Assembly (NCBI GenBank): GCA_964489445.1
Contig: CAZAYU010000002.1
Location: forward strand, 355,900 to 419,899
Direction: 5' to 3'
DNA length: 64,000 nt
Origin: an uncultured Planctomycetia bacterium
GTDB lineage: Bacteria > Omnitrophota > Gorgyraeia > Duberdicusellales > 4484-171
Numbering within the stretch: the first letter of the stretch is position 1; the number at the start of each line of letters is the position of its first letter. The notes under the pieces were generated by a model that made no database searches, had not been told where the DNA came from, and worked only from the letters and a program-made list of their open reading frames with translations. This document shows positions 19,461 to 29,554 of this stretch, piece by piece. The position numbers were made by a program, and so were the translations under genes.

Positions 19461-19706
19461 TTGTTTGCGCTAAAATTTAACATAAAAACAGGCATCAAAG
19501 TATATAAACAAGATAAAAAACATATGCTTAAATGGGCTAAAGAAAAATTTCCTAAATATCTTATATTTAAAGAATTAATTAATTTTTTTTGTAAGAATAG
19601 GCTATGGTGGATGATACCATTAATTATTGCTTTTGTATTCTCAGCAGTGTTAATATGGTTTTGTCAGTCTTCGGCAGTATCTTCCTTGATGTACACTCTA
19701 TTTTAA
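19461..19706 (+). CDS. Small membrane peptide (81 aa, or 60 aa from the internal ATG at 19524) with one C-terminal TM helix, ending ...SSLMYTLF
   Basis: '...NRLWWMIPLIIAFVFSAVLIWF...SSLMYTLF'. It resembles the unannotated peptide at 54486 (KWW + TM + FIYSLF). From memory (unverified), it also resembles the DUF5989 small-membrane-peptide family, whose C-terminus ends 'FIYTLF'. Confidence 0.45.
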   Translation: MFALKFNIKTGIKVYKQDKKHMLKWAKEKFPKYLIFKELINFFCKNRLWWMIPLIIAFVFSAVLIWFCQSSAVSSLMYTLF

Positions 19707-20213
19707 TGTCGTGATTTGTTTAAGTGTCAGGAGAATAAACATTTATTATGAATAAGGATATTGTTGATAAGGAATGGGTTACAAATATGGATGTGTAGGC
19801 TACTAATTAATTTGGGCGTTATAGGGTATTATTTATTGGAAAAGATAAAGTTATGTTATTCTCTATTGTTTAGGGTCACAGCTGGGAATTAATTATGGGG
19901 TGAATTGGTAAAGCAAGGTATGGATTGAAAATATTACTCTTGAAATATGGGTGTTAATACAATTACCTTCCTGGAATACTTTTTTCGAGAGTAAGCCTCA
20001 GTGCTTTTTATATAAATTATACTTGGCTCTATGGTAAATAGTTTCTTGGTGTATTAATATAATTGCTGTGCAAGATTTATTTAAGTGCTATAGGCAAAAA
20101 CGGTTTGAAGAGTCTGGAGTAGTTATTTGTTTTTAGAAGCTAAAAAATGTAGTATAGCTAGAAGATAAAAATTAACGAAAGGCGGCGAAAAACTTTCGGC
20201 GTAAATATTTGAT

Positions 20214-22550
20214 ATGATAGATAAGTCTAAGAAATATTTTCCAGCGATGCTATTAATTGCAATTATACTATTGCATATAACTTCTAATTATGTTTGGTTA
20301 AAAAAAGATGATACCTACCTTATGCATGATGCGCATCATAATTTTTTGTTTAGCCTGGGTGTGTTTCATCAAATCCAAGAAAGTTTTATTCCTTTTTTAA
20401 GCGATGTGTTTAGTAAAATCATTTATCACCGTTGGCATGGAGTGTTAGTCGGCTACCTTACAGCACCTTTTTATTTTATTTTTGGTGCCGGCCAAGATAT
20501 AGGGGTGATGGTTAGCAGTACTATTTTTTTAAGTATATTAATTCTTTCAGTGTACGGGATTGGAAAACTAATTCATAGTCGGGCCTCCGGATTACTTTCC
20601 GCATTTCTTATAAGTATTTATCCAATGGTTTTTAATCATTTACGTACGTATATGCTGGATTTACCGCTTACCTCAATGGTAAGTCTAAGCGTGTATTTGC
20701 TGTTAAGGACAAAGTTATTTTCTCAAAGGTTATTTTCACTATTTTTTGGAATATCTATGGGGTTGGGGTTGTTAACAAAATTTAATTTTATCGGCTTTAT
20801 AATCGGACCGCTATTATTTATTTTTTACAAAGCATTCAATATTAAACAAAGTAAAATAAATACAGAACGAAAGAAAATTTTTCATTTTTTTATTATTATT
20901 TGCTTGTCGTTTATTCTTGTGCTTCCTTTTTTAAGGATAAAATTCTGGGAAGTTTTTTCACGATTTTATGAATGTTCATGGCTAAATCCGGTATTTAATA
21001 CTTCTTATGATTCGGTTTTTATTCTTTTTGTCCATTGGTTTTTTGGAGGATGGCAGTTTATTGTTTGGTGTTTCCGGGAAATGAAAGATAGCATTCTATC
21101 GCCTTTATTTTTTTTAATTTTTATTATCAGTTTTTTCATGTTCAAACGAAGTCATGCTAAGTATAGATCGGTTTTTTATTTATGGATACTATTTCCGGTA
21201 TTTGTTTTAAGTTTTGTTTTTCATTATCCGGCAATAAATCGTTATCTAATGCCTTGTTTACCGGCAATAGCAATAGTTTCAGCGATAGGATTAATGACTT
21301 TAAAACCTGTTTTTTTGCGCAGAATAATTATTTTCTTGGTAATAAGTTGTGGAGTTGTCCAATATTTTATTATTTCTTATGGTTATCCTGCTTTTTTTAA
21401 TAATTCAGATGCAAGCTTACCAAAAATAGTTTCAAGATTAAAAAATAGTATATCTTACCGTGATGTTCCTATTGATTATCGAAATGGGCTAAATCGAGGC
21501 GCAAAACCGTCATTATCAAAATGGCCTGTTGAAGAAATTTTAAATAAATTATTAATAGAAGCAAGAGGCTGTCCGCAAAAAATAACAGTTTTTTTCATTG
21601 ATCCTGTTCCGGAAATATACGAGCCAATAGAGTATTTATGCTTGGCAAATAATTATCCAATAGAAATTCACGTTAATTCCTTAAGCGAAGAAGAATCCTA
21701 CAGGGATAAAGAAGAAGATTTTGAACCAAAAAATATGCCTGACTATGTATTAATGGTTGATAATCCGGATAGGGCCAATGATTATCTTCCTATTTCTGTG
21801 AAAGAGAGAATTAACAATTCCCGTAAAAATTTCCAAAATATTCAGGACGAATATGCCTTATGCAATGTTTTTAGGTTGTCAGAAGAAAGTAATATTTTAT
21901 TGTTCAGAGATGCCAGTGAGTCCGTGCGTTTAGAAACACCATTAATTACTGCAGTATTTAAGAGAGGGCGTGTAAGGCTATTTTTTAATGATTATCCTGA
22001 CAGTGAACCTTTATTTATCGTTAATTCCTTTGATTTTGAGGGAGAAAAATATTTGTCAACAGAGATGGAATGGGAGATTAATAAAAGTAGCAAGAAAACA
22101 ATCATGGCTCTTGGTAAGTTGAAAAATTCAGCATTAAGGCAAACATGGAGTTTCTCTGTAAATGAGAATCAAGAAGGAGAATTTAACGCTATTGTTAGCG
22201 CAGAAGAAGAAATAAAAGATAGCATCTTTTCGATTGAAATTCCTAGTTATTATCAGGAATGGGAAACGTCTTTAGAACGAGGTGAGTTTGGTAAAAAGAC
22301 TATATTAAGATATTGCTTCAGGGAATTGTTGTCACCGGTAGACTGTATAACTTTTTGTAAGTTAAGAAGAAGGAATGTGCCCCGCTTTACTTTATTGCCA
22401 AGTTCGGGAGAATGTGATATTAGCTCGTTATTAGCTTATAAAAAAGATCGGCGTATCGTTCAATTTAGGTTGAGCGAGCAAAAGAATAATCAGTATTCTT
22501 TGGATAAAAGTTTAATGAATTCATTTACTCTAAAAATTAAATTCGATTAA
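20214..22550 (+). CDS. GT-C fold membrane glycosyltransferase (ArnT/PMT_2-like), paralog 3, with a long C-terminal soluble domain
   Basis: The block 'YLTAPFYFIFGAGQDIGVMVSSTIFLSILILSVYGIGKLIHSRASGLLSAFLISIYP' is collinear with paralogs 1 and 2. 778 aa. About 12 TM helices, then a roughly 350-aa hydrophilic domain. Confidence 0.65.
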   Translation: MIDKSKKYFPAMLLIAIILLHITSNYVWLKKDDTYLMHDAHHNFLFSLGVFHQIQESFIPFLSDVFSKIIYHRWHGVLVGYLTAPFYFIFGAGQDIGVMVSSTIFLSILILSVYGIGKLIHSRASGLLSAFLISIYPMVFNHLRTYMLDLPLTSMVSLSVYLLLRTKLFSQRLFSLFFGISMGLGLLTKFNFIGFIIGPLLFIFYKAFNIKQSKINTERKKIFHFFIIICLSFILVLPFLRIKFWEVFSRFYECSWLNPVFNTSYDSVFILFVHWFFGGWQFIVWCFREMKDSILSPLFFLIFIISFFMFKRSHAKYRSVFYLWILFPVFVLSFVFHYPAINRYLMPCLPAIAIVSAIGLMTLKPVFLRRIIIFLVISCGVVQYFIISYGYPAFFNNSDASLPKIVSRLKNSISYRDVPIDYRNGLNRGAKPSLSKWPVEEILNKLLIEARGCPQKITVFFIDPVPEIYEPIEYLCLANNYPIEIHVNSLSEEESYRDKEEDFEPKNMPDYVLMVDNPDRANDYLPISVKERINNSRKNFQNIQDEYALCNVFRLSEESNILLFRDASESVRLETPLITAVFKRGRVRLFFNDYPDSEPLFIVNSFDFEGEKYLSTEMEWEINKSSKKTIMALGKLKNSALRQTWSFSVNENQEGEFNAIVSAEEEIKDSIFSIEIPSYYQEWETSLERGEFGKKTILRYCFRELLSPVDCITFCKLRRRNVPRFTLLPSSGECDISSLLAYKKDRRIVQFRLSEQKNNQYSLDKSLMNSFTLKIKFD

Positions 22551-22579
22551 TATTTTATGTAAATATTTGAAAATAGTAA

Positions 22580-24055
22580 TTGCTTACAGCGTTAATGAAA
22601 ATTATATTTATTATTCCTCCGGCTGAACTCAACATAAAAAAGCTTTCTGTTGATAGGTTGTATGGATGTAATTATGGCTTTGATTATAAACCATCTTTAC
22701 ACCTTTTATTGTTGGCTACAATAGCCAAGCAGTTAGGTCATGAAGCTTCTTTTCTGGATTGTCCTGCAGAAAATTTTAGCATAAGAAAACTTATAAAGTA
22801 TGTAAAAAATATCTCTTCTTCAAGTATTTTTGTGTATTTTTCGGTTTGGTTGTCGCTAAAAGAAGACTTATTAAGTGCTGAATTAATTTCTCGAGTTACA
22901 AAAGATGCAAAATTTATATTTACCGGAAGTTATCCAACATGGAAACCGAATTTATTTATAAAGAATGAAAATTATTTTGTTGTTAGAGGAGAGCCGGAAA
23001 TTACATTGGAAGAACTATTAGCGGTTTTAAAATCAAAAAGTACAGATTGTTCCGAAATTCGCGGGCTATCATTTATGAGGAAAGACGAAATTGTTGATAA
23101 TCCGATGAGGGATTTAGCTAATATCGATTATTTTCCGATTCCTGATCGAACAATGTTAAAAAGGAACTATTCTTTTAATAGAATTTTCGGGTATCCGGCT
23201 ACAGCAATGTGTGTTTCACGTGGATGTTGTTATCGATGCACTTATTGCGCCCCTAATGCCTTAGACCAAGCAATAGAAATAGAATATTATCGTGTTAGGC
23301 AGTGTAAACCGCCCGTGAGGGTTAAGGATAAAAAATTAGTGATTGATGAATTTATGGCAATAGATGCTTTAGGGTATCGAGGTGTTGAATTGTGTGATAA
23401 TAATTTTGTTCAAGATAGTAAGAGAATGGAGACAATCTGTGATGCAATTCGTCCGCTGGGTTTGGAGTGGATATGTTACGTTCGTTCAGATAGACTGAAA
23501 GACAAAACCATGGTTAAATTAATGAAGGAATCAGGATGTCGTTTAATTTATATCGGTACAGAGTCTTTTTGTCAGAATATTTTAGATGATGTCAAAAAGG
23601 ATTTAAAAGTTGAAGATAACTATAAAGCTGTAGAACTACTTAAAGAATGTGGAATTAATCCAGAGATTTCCATCCTGCTGGGTGCGTCAGATAAAGAAAC
23701 GCAGCAGACAATAGATTTCAGTGTGGGGGAAGCTAGAAAACTTAAAACTAACTTTGTGCACTACGCTATTGCTTCTCCATTGCCGAATACTGAATTGTAT
23801 AGGAATGCAAAAAATGATAAGCGGATCGTTAATGGTGATTTTAATCCCATGGATAATATTTCTGCGGAACAACTTAAACTTACTTATTTGAGTGATAGGC
23901 AGCTAAAGAATATTTTACGGGAATGCTACAGAGGGCAGTATTTAAAAATTAGTTTTTTTATTCAGCAATTAAAACAGCTTCAGACTTTTATGGGTTGTTG
24001 GCATAGGATAAAATCATTAATAAAATTTTTACGTTATCTAAATCAGAAACATTGA
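22580..24055 (+). CDS. Cobalamin-binding (class B) radical SAM enzyme, paralog 3
   Basis: 'SRGCCYRCTYCAP' (CX3CX2C) after an N-terminal B12-binding-like region. Confidence 0.8.
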   Translation: MLTALMKIIFIIPPAELNIKKLSVDRLYGCNYGFDYKPSLHLLLLATIAKQLGHEASFLDCPAENFSIRKLIKYVKNISSSSIFVYFSVWLSLKEDLLSAELISRVTKDAKFIFTGSYPTWKPNLFIKNENYFVVRGEPEITLEELLAVLKSKSTDCSEIRGLSFMRKDEIVDNPMRDLANIDYFPIPDRTMLKRNYSFNRIFGYPATAMCVSRGCCYRCTYCAPNALDQAIEIEYYRVRQCKPPVRVKDKKLVIDEFMAIDALGYRGVELCDNNFVQDSKRMETICDAIRPLGLEWICYVRSDRLKDKTMVKLMKESGCRLIYIGTESFCQNILDDVKKDLKVEDNYKAVELLKECGINPEISILLGASDKETQQTIDFSVGEARKLKTNFVHYAIASPLPNTELYRNAKNDKRIVNGDFNPMDNISAEQLKLTYLSDRQLKNILRECYRGQYLKISFFIQQLKQLQTFMGCWHRIKSLIKFLRYLNQKH

Positions 24056-24060
24056 ACTAA

Positions 24061-25158
24061 ATGGTAAATTTAGCGATAATTGGAACACGAGGAATTGAAA
24101 CGCGATATAGTGGGGTTGAGGTTGCGGTATCTGAGATGTGCAAATGCCTACCAAGGAACAAATTCAAAATTACTGTTTATTGCCGAAAATATCCTGGTGA
24201 TCCATTCAAAAAAAAGATTAATGATAGTTTATGTTTGATTTTTATCCCTACTTTAGAGTTAAAAAATTGGGGAACAGTAGTGCATGTTATTTTATCTTTG
24301 GTTCATTCAATTTTTATTCCTGTTAACATTGTTCATTTTCATTCTTTAGGTCCGGCTTTTTTTTCATTTTTTCCTCAGATGTTAGGCAGAAAAGTTGTAG
24401 TTACGATTCATGCTTTGGATTGGAAGAGAAAGAAATGGGGTTTTTTTGTTCGCAGCTTTTTAAGATTTTGTGAATATCCAGCTATCTTTCTTTCGAATGA
24501 GATAATTGTAGTCTCGCAAGAGCTAAAAAAATATTTCGAAAATAAATTTAAAAAGCAGGTCTTCTATATTCCTAATGGTGCGCATATTAAATACTCTAAT
24601 AGCTATTATAATAAGGATATTTCTGATTTTGTTAATATTCTTTTTGTTGGAAGGCTGGTTCCGGAGAAGAGAGTGGAGCTTGTAATTAAAGCGGTTAACG
24701 AATTAAAGGGAAGCGCAAAACTGACAATTGCCGGTATTTCTAGCTTTACTCATAGATATGCAAAGCAACTTAAAGCTATTGCCGGTAAAAACATACAATT
24801 TATAGGGTTTATTCAAGGAAAAGCTCTTTTCAGTTTATATCAAAAGGCAGATATTTTTGTTTTACCTTCCGAAATGGAAGGGTCACCGGTTTCTTTACTT
24901 GAAGCTATGGGGCAAGGGAAGTGTGTGGTAGCCAGCGATATTCCTGAATGCCAGGAGATTATCGGTGAGTGTGGAGTTTATTTTAGAGCCGGAGATTATT
25001 GCGATTTAACAATAAAGATCCAATACTTGTCACAGCACCCTGAAATTATATCCAAATTAGGAAGAGAGGCTAGAGAACGTGTTAAAAAAATATATGATTG
25101 GGATATTTTGGTAAACTATATTGCAAGTGTGTATGCGTTGTGTGTAAAACTAGAATAA
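24061..25158 (+). CDS. Glycosyltransferase family GT4
   Basis: C-terminal 'LPSEMEGSPVSLLEAMGQGKCVVASD' (E-x7-E). Confidence 0.8.
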   Translation: MVNLAIIGTRGIETRYSGVEVAVSEMCKCLPRNKFKITVYCRKYPGDPFKKKINDSLCLIFIPTLELKNWGTVVHVILSLVHSIFIPVNIVHFHSLGPAFFSFFPQMLGRKVVVTIHALDWKRKKWGFFVRSFLRFCEYPAIFLSNEIIVVSQELKKYFENKFKKQVFYIPNGAHIKYSNSYYNKDISDFVNILFVGRLVPEKRVELVIKAVNELKGSAKLTIAGISSFTHRYAKQLKAIAGKNIQFIGFIQGKALFSLYQKADIFVLPSEMEGSPVSLLEAMGQGKCVVASDIPECQEIIGECGVYFRAGDYCDLTIKIQYLSQHPEIISKLGREARERVKKIYDWDILVNYIASVYALCVKLE

Positions 25159-25161
25159 AAA

Positions 25162-26016
25162 ATGAAAAAAGTAACTTTATATATTCCTTGCTATAATGCC
25201 GAACAGTATATAAGTGATTGTCTGGATGGAGTATTGAGGCAAACATATCCAATTGATGAAATATTGATAATTGATGATGCTTCTACCGATGGTACGCTTA
25301 ATATTGTTTCTCGGTATCCGGTAAGAATTATTAAGCATTATGTAAATAAAGGACTTACTGTGTCACGAAATACTGCATTTAAGGAAGCCAGGAATGAATT
25401 TGTTGCTTCCTTAGATAGTGATTGCGTCCCGACATCTGAATGGTTAGAAAAATTAATGGGTTGTTTTGCCGATGGTATTGTTGCGGGTGCAGGAGGAATG
25501 CTTATTGAAAAATACACAAAAAATATGGCAGACCAATGGCGTAAAGCGCATATGTCTCAGCATTGGGGGGATAAGTGTATAGAGTGTCCTTCTTTTTTGT
25601 ATGGAAGCAATACTGTCTTTAGAAAAAGTGTTATTAAATCAATAGATTTTTATAATGAAATTTTTAAAAATAACGGTGAAGATGTAGATATCTCACAACG
25701 GATTTATCAATGTGGGGAAAAGCTAGTGTATATTTCCGAAGCATTAGTAGATCATTTACGCAGAGATACTGTACGTTCTGTATTCGAAACTTATTGGAAT
25801 TGGCATGCGGGGCGATATTATAATAAATTACATTCTGATAATTGTGTTTTTCGTAAAGTTGCAGGATATATGGCTATACAATATGAAACCCTAGAAAATA
25901 TTTTTCGAAAAGATTTGAAGATCGGACATTTTTTGTTTTTATTTATGGATTTTATGCTTATATTTTTTTTTATGAAACTTGATTTCAAGAAAATTATAAA
26001 CAAATTGTGTTACTAA
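25162..26016 (+). CDS. Glycosyltransferase family GT2
   Basis: 'LYIPCYNAEQYISDCLDGVLRQTYPIDEILIIDDASTDGT' and a DxD-like 'LDSDC'. Confidence 0.8.
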   Translation: MKKVTLYIPCYNAEQYISDCLDGVLRQTYPIDEILIIDDASTDGTLNIVSRYPVRIIKHYVNKGLTVSRNTAFKEARNEFVASLDSDCVPTSEWLEKLMGCFADGIVAGAGGMLIEKYTKNMADQWRKAHMSQHWGDKCIECPSFLYGSNTVFRKSVIKSIDFYNEIFKNNGEDVDISQRIYQCGEKLVYISEALVDHLRRDTVRSVFETYWNWHAGRYYNKLHSDNCVFRKVAGYMAIQYETLENIFRKDLKIGHFLFLFMDFMLIFFFMKLDFKKIINKLCY

Positions 26017-27026
26017 ACAAATACATAGATTCACCACTTATAAGTATTTTAATTATTGTAAATAGCGATCGGGCATCTTTGGCATGTTTACTGGATTCAC
26101 TTGTAGGCCAAATATGCCCTGAAAGCAGTTACGAGGTTATTATTGTTGATTATCAGTTTGATAATGCTATTCAACAATTATTTAGTAGATATGATAAAGA
26201 GAGACAAAATATTTTTAAATATGTTTGTCAAAATAATAGGAACCTGACAATTACGGTGAATGATATAGTGCGGATGTCCAAAAGCAATCTCATTGCATTT
26301 CTTGAACCCGGATGTGTCGTTGCGAATTCGTGGGTTAAAGAAATTACACAAGGGTGTAATTCTAAACAATTTCTCGGAACCAATGGAAAAGTATCCTTTG
26401 ATTTAAAAAGTTTTATTTATGAAAAATACCGTTTTTATCTCGCCGGAGAATTGGTATTCAATGATTCCGGAAAAGATATTAATTATTTGTCCTTATTAAA
26501 TATTTCTTTTAAGAAAGAATCGCTTATTTTAGTAGGAGGATTTAACGAAAAATTTATTTCCTTCCGAGGAGCAGTTCAGGAAATAATATGTCGCCTGAAA
26601 AAGAAAAATATTTTGATTCGATACAATCCTAAAGCTGTTATTTTTAATTTAAAGAAATCGGACATCTTGGCTTTTTCTCGACTTTGTTTTCAATTTGGAG
26701 TAGATAGAATGCTGCTAAATTTTCAAGAAAAATCTGGGTCTAGCCTAACCGAAATTATCCAAAATAAAAAGAAAGTATCTTGTTTAAAGCTATTTCTAAT
26801 GACAGTTTGTTTGTTGGTTAATGCATTGTTTTATGTTTCCAAGATTTTTTTAGACTTATCAAGGGTTCCTTTTAGGGTTCTTTTTTTCTATGGTGTAGAA
26901 GGATTGTCTGTCGGTAGTGCATTCTATTCTGCGTATCTTGAATTTTTTAATAATCTTTTCTTCCGGCAAGGATGCATTGTTGGCTGTTTTATCAGTGAAT
27001 CAAGAGGCTTAATAAATATATTTTAA
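26007..27026 (+). CDS. GT2-like (degenerate) glycosyltransferase-fold protein with C-terminal TM helices
   Basis: 'ISILIIVNSDRASLACLLDSLVGQ...YEVIIVDYQFDNA' is a GT-A-like N-terminus. Motifs are degenerate. It overlaps the upstream gene by 10 nt. Confidence 0.4.
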   Translation: MLLNKYIDSPLISILIIVNSDRASLACLLDSLVGQICPESSYEVIIVDYQFDNAIQQLFSRYDKERQNIFKYVCQNNRNLTITVNDIVRMSKSNLIAFLEPGCVVANSWVKEITQGCNSKQFLGTNGKVSFDLKSFIYEKYRFYLAGELVFNDSGKDINYLSLLNISFKKESLILVGGFNEKFISFRGAVQEIICRLKKKNILIRYNPKAVIFNLKKSDILAFSRLCFQFGVDRMLLNFQEKSGSSLTEIIQNKKKVSCLKLFLMTVCLLVNALFYVSKIFLDLSRVPFRVLFFYGVEGLSVGSAFYSAYLEFFNNLFFRQGCIVGCFISESRGLINIF

Positions 27027-27035
27027 TTTCATTTT

Positions 27036-28469
27036 ATGGACACGATACAAAATATTGGTAGAAACAGTATAGCGGTAATATTAGGTTGCGTTGCGGGTGC
27101 AGTAATTGATTCTTTTATCGTTATTATTCTTGCCAGATATTTTGGTCATTATGGGTTTGGAGAAATTTGTTTTTTAGGAATTTTTTTCTACTTTTTTAGG
27201 CACATAGACAATTTCTTTATTCGGCCAATATTAGTTCGGGAAATGTCTAGAAATGTAGTGAACGCGGATGCTATTATCGGAAGTGGATTTATTATTAGGA
27301 TAATTTTTGCGTTAATTGCCATTATTCTAATGTGGACCATTCTCTTGTTTGGTAACCATTCAATAGACATCCTGCAATTAGCTATTTTTACGTCAATAAG
27401 CCTAGTTATTTCATCTATGGGAGCATCTTATGATATAGTTTTTCAGATTAATCTCAAACAGGTATACTCCAAGTTCATTAATTTTTTAAGCAAGATAGTA
27501 ACTCTGGCATTGCTTTGTTTTGTTGTGTTTTTGAAAAAAGATTTATTATTCTTCTATGTATTTTCAACCATAATAGGTATTATATCATTTTTCTATATTA
27601 GGCGTTATGCTGAAAAATTTATAAAATTAAAGTTTAATATTTCATTTAAGTTATGGCAGGATATATTTTGTAAATCGTTACCTTTGTTTATATCAGGCAT
27701 TTTTATATTTGTTTACCATCGAACAGATCAAATAATGCTTTTACAGATGAAAGGAGTAGAGGCGGTTGGCTCTTATTCTGCGGCAGTTAAATTTGCTGAA
27801 GTATTTAATATTATCCCTATTGCGCTTGTTGCATCTTTGTTGCCTTTAATGTCAAAGTGCTTTTATTCGAAAAATGAGTATTTTGAAAAAATTTATCAGC
27901 TAAGCTTTAAATATTTATTATTATTTATTATTCCGGTAGCATTTGGTGTTGCTATTTTTTCTGATTCGATAACAGTTATTATTTATGGAGATAATTTTCT
28001 ATCTTCTGGTCTTGCTTTACGTTTTTTAATTTGGGCAGAAGTTTTTGTATTTTTGGGGATAATGAATAATACTATATTAGTTGCGGCAAACAAACAAATA
28101 ATCGACCCATTTCTTACTGGAATATCTGCTATAGCAAATATTCTTCTAAATTTTATTTTTATTCCGCGATATGGTTTTGTTGGTGCGGCAGCAACAACAT
28201 TAGTCGCTTATGCCGTTGGTCCGGTAATCGGGTATTTTCTTAAGACAACAAAAAAATATTCCTTATCGATGTTGAAAAACTTCCTAAAACCTTTTTTTGC
28301 TTCTTTAATCATGGCTGGTTTTATCTGTTATTTTCGTTTTTTTTCTTGGTGGTTAATTATAATCGCACCGTTGATCTATCTATTTATTATGTATTTTATT
28401 CGAGGTGTTGATTATAACGATTTGCGAAGAATTAAGGAAGTGATTCGAGCTAAAAATGCTGCCAGTTAA
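27036..28469 (+). CDS. wzx: Wzx-like oligosaccharide flippase (MOP/polysaccharide biosynthesis protein family)
   Basis: 477 aa. Roughly 12-14 TM helices. Typical PST-family hydrophobic profile. It sits between glycosyltransferases. Confidence 0.65.
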   Translation: MDTIQNIGRNSIAVILGCVAGAVIDSFIVIILARYFGHYGFGEICFLGIFFYFFRHIDNFFIRPILVREMSRNVVNADAIIGSGFIIRIIFALIAIILMWTILLFGNHSIDILQLAIFTSISLVISSMGASYDIVFQINLKQVYSKFINFLSKIVTLALLCFVVFLKKDLLFFYVFSTIIGIISFFYIRRYAEKFIKLKFNISFKLWQDIFCKSLPLFISGIFIFVYHRTDQIMLLQMKGVEAVGSYSAAVKFAEVFNIIPIALVASLLPLMSKCFYSKNEYFEKIYQLSFKYLLLFIIPVAFGVAIFSDSITVIIYGDNFLSSGLALRFLIWAEVFVFLGIMNNTILVAANKQIIDPFLTGISAIANILLNFIFIPRYGFVGAAATTLVAYAVGPVIGYFLKTTKKYSLSMLKNFLKPFFASLIMAGFICYFRFFSWWLIIIAPLIYLFIMYFIRGVDYNDLRRIKEVIRAKNAAS

Positions 28470-28530
28470 AGATAACATCATGTATAGTATGAACTATATT
28501 TATGTTAAGGCGAGAAATAAATTTAAAAGA

Positions 28531-29409
28531 TTATTTGTGGTTGTTTGTTTTGTGCAATCGAATGTAGTTGGTTGCATAGCTTATGTGCATAATTATGCGC
28601 ATAAGATAATTTATGTCAAAAGATAAGATAAGACGAAGGGGCATAGCTAAAAGGTTAGTCAATGAATGGATAGAAAACTTCTTTTTTTGTTCCCAGGTTG
28701 CTCGGCTAAATCCTTCACGGTAGCTTCTTTTAACCAGGTAAGGAATTGTTAGTCTTTTTTTAGGAATATAGTGAAATACGAACATGTTTTGGTTAATTTT
28801 TAAAGAGAAACCAAGTTCTAATGATTTTTTTATTCGATAATAATCTTCTACATAAGGAAGAACAAAGTTAATATTTGGGGATTGAAGTTTTTTATCGTTG
28901 AGCAGTTTGATCAGCGCAGATTTTCGAAAAGCTATGTTGCTGCCTAAAGGTAGGTATTCATTATTCGGATTTATTCCAATTAGCCAATTTAATGATTTTT
29001 TCCACCACCAAGGAAATTTTGTCTTTGGTATGGGCAATACTGGTCCGCTGGCAATATCGTAATCGGGAAGAGAAGTACTAATAATGCTTAGCCAATTTTT
29101 TGATGCTATACAATCGTCATCAATGAACGCAACTATTTCTTCTGTCGTTTTCTCTAGGGCTAAATTTTTACAAGCTGTTAAGTTTAGATGTTGTGCAGTT
29201 TTTATTATTCTTATTTTTTTAAAGCATTGTTTTTTAAAAAGTTCATCAGTGCTATCGGAAGAATGATTGTTGAATACAATGATGTTATATCTACTGGTAA
29301 AATCTTGGCTTATTAAACTTTCCAGGCATTTTTCAAGAAGGCGTTTTCGGTTATGGGTGATTATTATAACATCAATCATTTTTAAAGTTATAAATGCAGA
29401 GTCTATCAA
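28531..29409 (-). CDS. Glycosyltransferase family GT2. It is one of only two minus-strand genes in the window.
   Basis: 'VIIITHNRKRLLEKCLESLISQD' and 'IIVFNNHSSDST', with a DxD 'FIDDDC'. Confidence 0.75.
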   Translation of the reverse strand: MIDSAFITLKMIDVIIITHNRKRLLEKCLESLISQDFTSRYNIIVFNNHSSDSTDELFKKQCFKKIRIIKTAQHLNLTACKNLALEKTTEEIVAFIDDDCIASKNWLSIISTSLPDYDIASGPVLPIPKTKFPWWWKKSLNWLIGINPNNEYLPLGSNIAFRKSALIKLLNDKKLQSPNINFVLPYVEDYYRIKKSLELGFSLKINQNMFVFHYIPKKRLTIPYLVKRSYREGFSRATWEQKKKFSIHSLTNLLAMPLRLILSFDINYLMRIIMHISYATNYIRLHKTNNHK

Positions 29410-29554
29410 CTGTTAAGAGTGTATATCTCATTATATATTAGTGGGAATACTTTTCAACAAGCAAAAGTGTAAGGGGAAAGATTATGGTAATTTATTGCGC
29501 TTATTAGTTTAAGAAAATAATTTTCTTAGGAATGGTCTCTGGTATAATAATAAT

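Noticed and set aside
21182-21400. Same-strand small ORFs nested in larger genes (21182-21400, 31996-32241, 41128-41400, 47957-48178, 58006-58194).
   Set aside because: These are alternative frames inside confident CDSs with no independent support.
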